NCBI GenBank assembly: GCA_002633005.1
Contig: NMRA01000038.1
Span: 581,329 to 645,328, forward strand
Reading direction: 5' to 3'
Source of the DNA: Phoronis australis
Lineage: Eukaryota; Animalia; Phoronida
DNA length: 64,000 nt
The position numbers were made by a program, and so were the translations under genes. This document shows positions 63,051-64,000 of the stretch, one piece after another. The notes under the pieces are model-generated. The model saw nothing but the letters and a program-made list of their open reading frames with translations. It was not told where the DNA came from and ran no database searches. Position 1 is the first letter of the stretch. Each line of letters begins with the position of its first letter.

Positions 63051-64000
63051 AAGAACGTGATCCTACTGGCTTCCTTTTTTTTGGAATTTACAAAGTTTAC
63101 TAGCTTATTTATTGTTTACTCGGACGTTTCAAGGTTGTGTAGGGCCCTAGAAAAGTGGCCAGTTTTGGTCAACTTCGGAACATCGTAACTCAGAAATGAT
63201 TGATAGCATTCATATTATGCTTTCGGATACTACGCTTTATAAAGTATTTTCCAAAACGCAGTTAGGATTTGATTTTAAAATTTTCAACCTTTGTATAAGG
63301 GGCTATGAAAAAATAGGACTGCTATGATTTTGATGAAAAAAATTAAGTTTTATAAAAACAAAAAACGAACAGATAATTTATAAAATTGTAACAGCATTTT
63401 TAAGATTTTATATTGATATCGTATGAAATTTTGTCGTATAACTGATCCCGTTGTTTGGGAATAAATTTACCTTTCTTTTGTGCTAGAAAAGCAACATCGT
63501 GTGTCTGACCTATTTAGTGACAGATTGGTGCAAAGTCAAAATCAAGTTCTGCGGAATATTTACTTTCAGAAAATTTATACTTTTATAGGTTTGTACATAT
63601 TCGGTTAGATATACACGCTTGTCGATAAATATAAATTTATTAATTTTATAAATTTATTTATTTAGGTTTCCACATAACCTTAAAACGGCTCTACAGAATA
63701 CATTAAACACCATTTGTTAATTTAATGTTATTCCGTTCACAATCTGTTATTCGGAATCTAACAACTTTTTAAAGCTGCATTTTGCCCTGTTTCGCTGGTT
63801 TGAAACGAAAATCGAACTAAGTCTTTTACTGTCACAAACTCGATCTGATAATACAGGATTCTATTTCTGTTACTATCGAACATCGAAACAATCAGAGATT
63901 CGTGAAAGCAAAAACGCGTCCGAGTTTATTGGGTTTGGCCCGCACCCTAAAATTGCAAAATTCTAAAACGGTGCACGTACGCATTCCTTGAGAGGGCGAC

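Overview
Intron-rich, AT-rich eukaryotic DNA from an invertebrate animal (probably a lophotrochozoan; the taxon cannot be fixed from sequence alone). Most short ORFs in the supplied track are spurious, so genes were rebuilt by hand from splice signals. Left to right: XRN1 first coding exon (-), head-to-head with a complete 4-exon SPCS1 (+); an 8-exon type I membrane receptor with two C-type lectin domains, mucin-like linkers and two cytoplasmic NPxY motifs (+), partly duplicated at single-N scaffold gaps (likely haplotype artefacts); a complete 18-exon CUL5 (-) whose ATG is only 47 bp from the ATG of a divergent 6-exon VBP1/prefoldin-3 (+); MYCBP (-), convergent with VBP1; and a two-domain bulb-type (GNA-like) mannose-binding lectin with an intronless CDS (-). 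VBP1 and MYCBP each carry a U12-type intron. MITEs, LINE remnants, tRNA-like heads and minisatellites are interspersed. Most notable: the very compact CUL5/VBP1 divergent pair, a candidate alternative VBP1 last exon reached by a second U12 acceptor, a candidate alternative CUL5 first exon, and six cases of tandem duplication centred on exon-intron junctions. All homology calls are from recalled protein sequences, not database searches.
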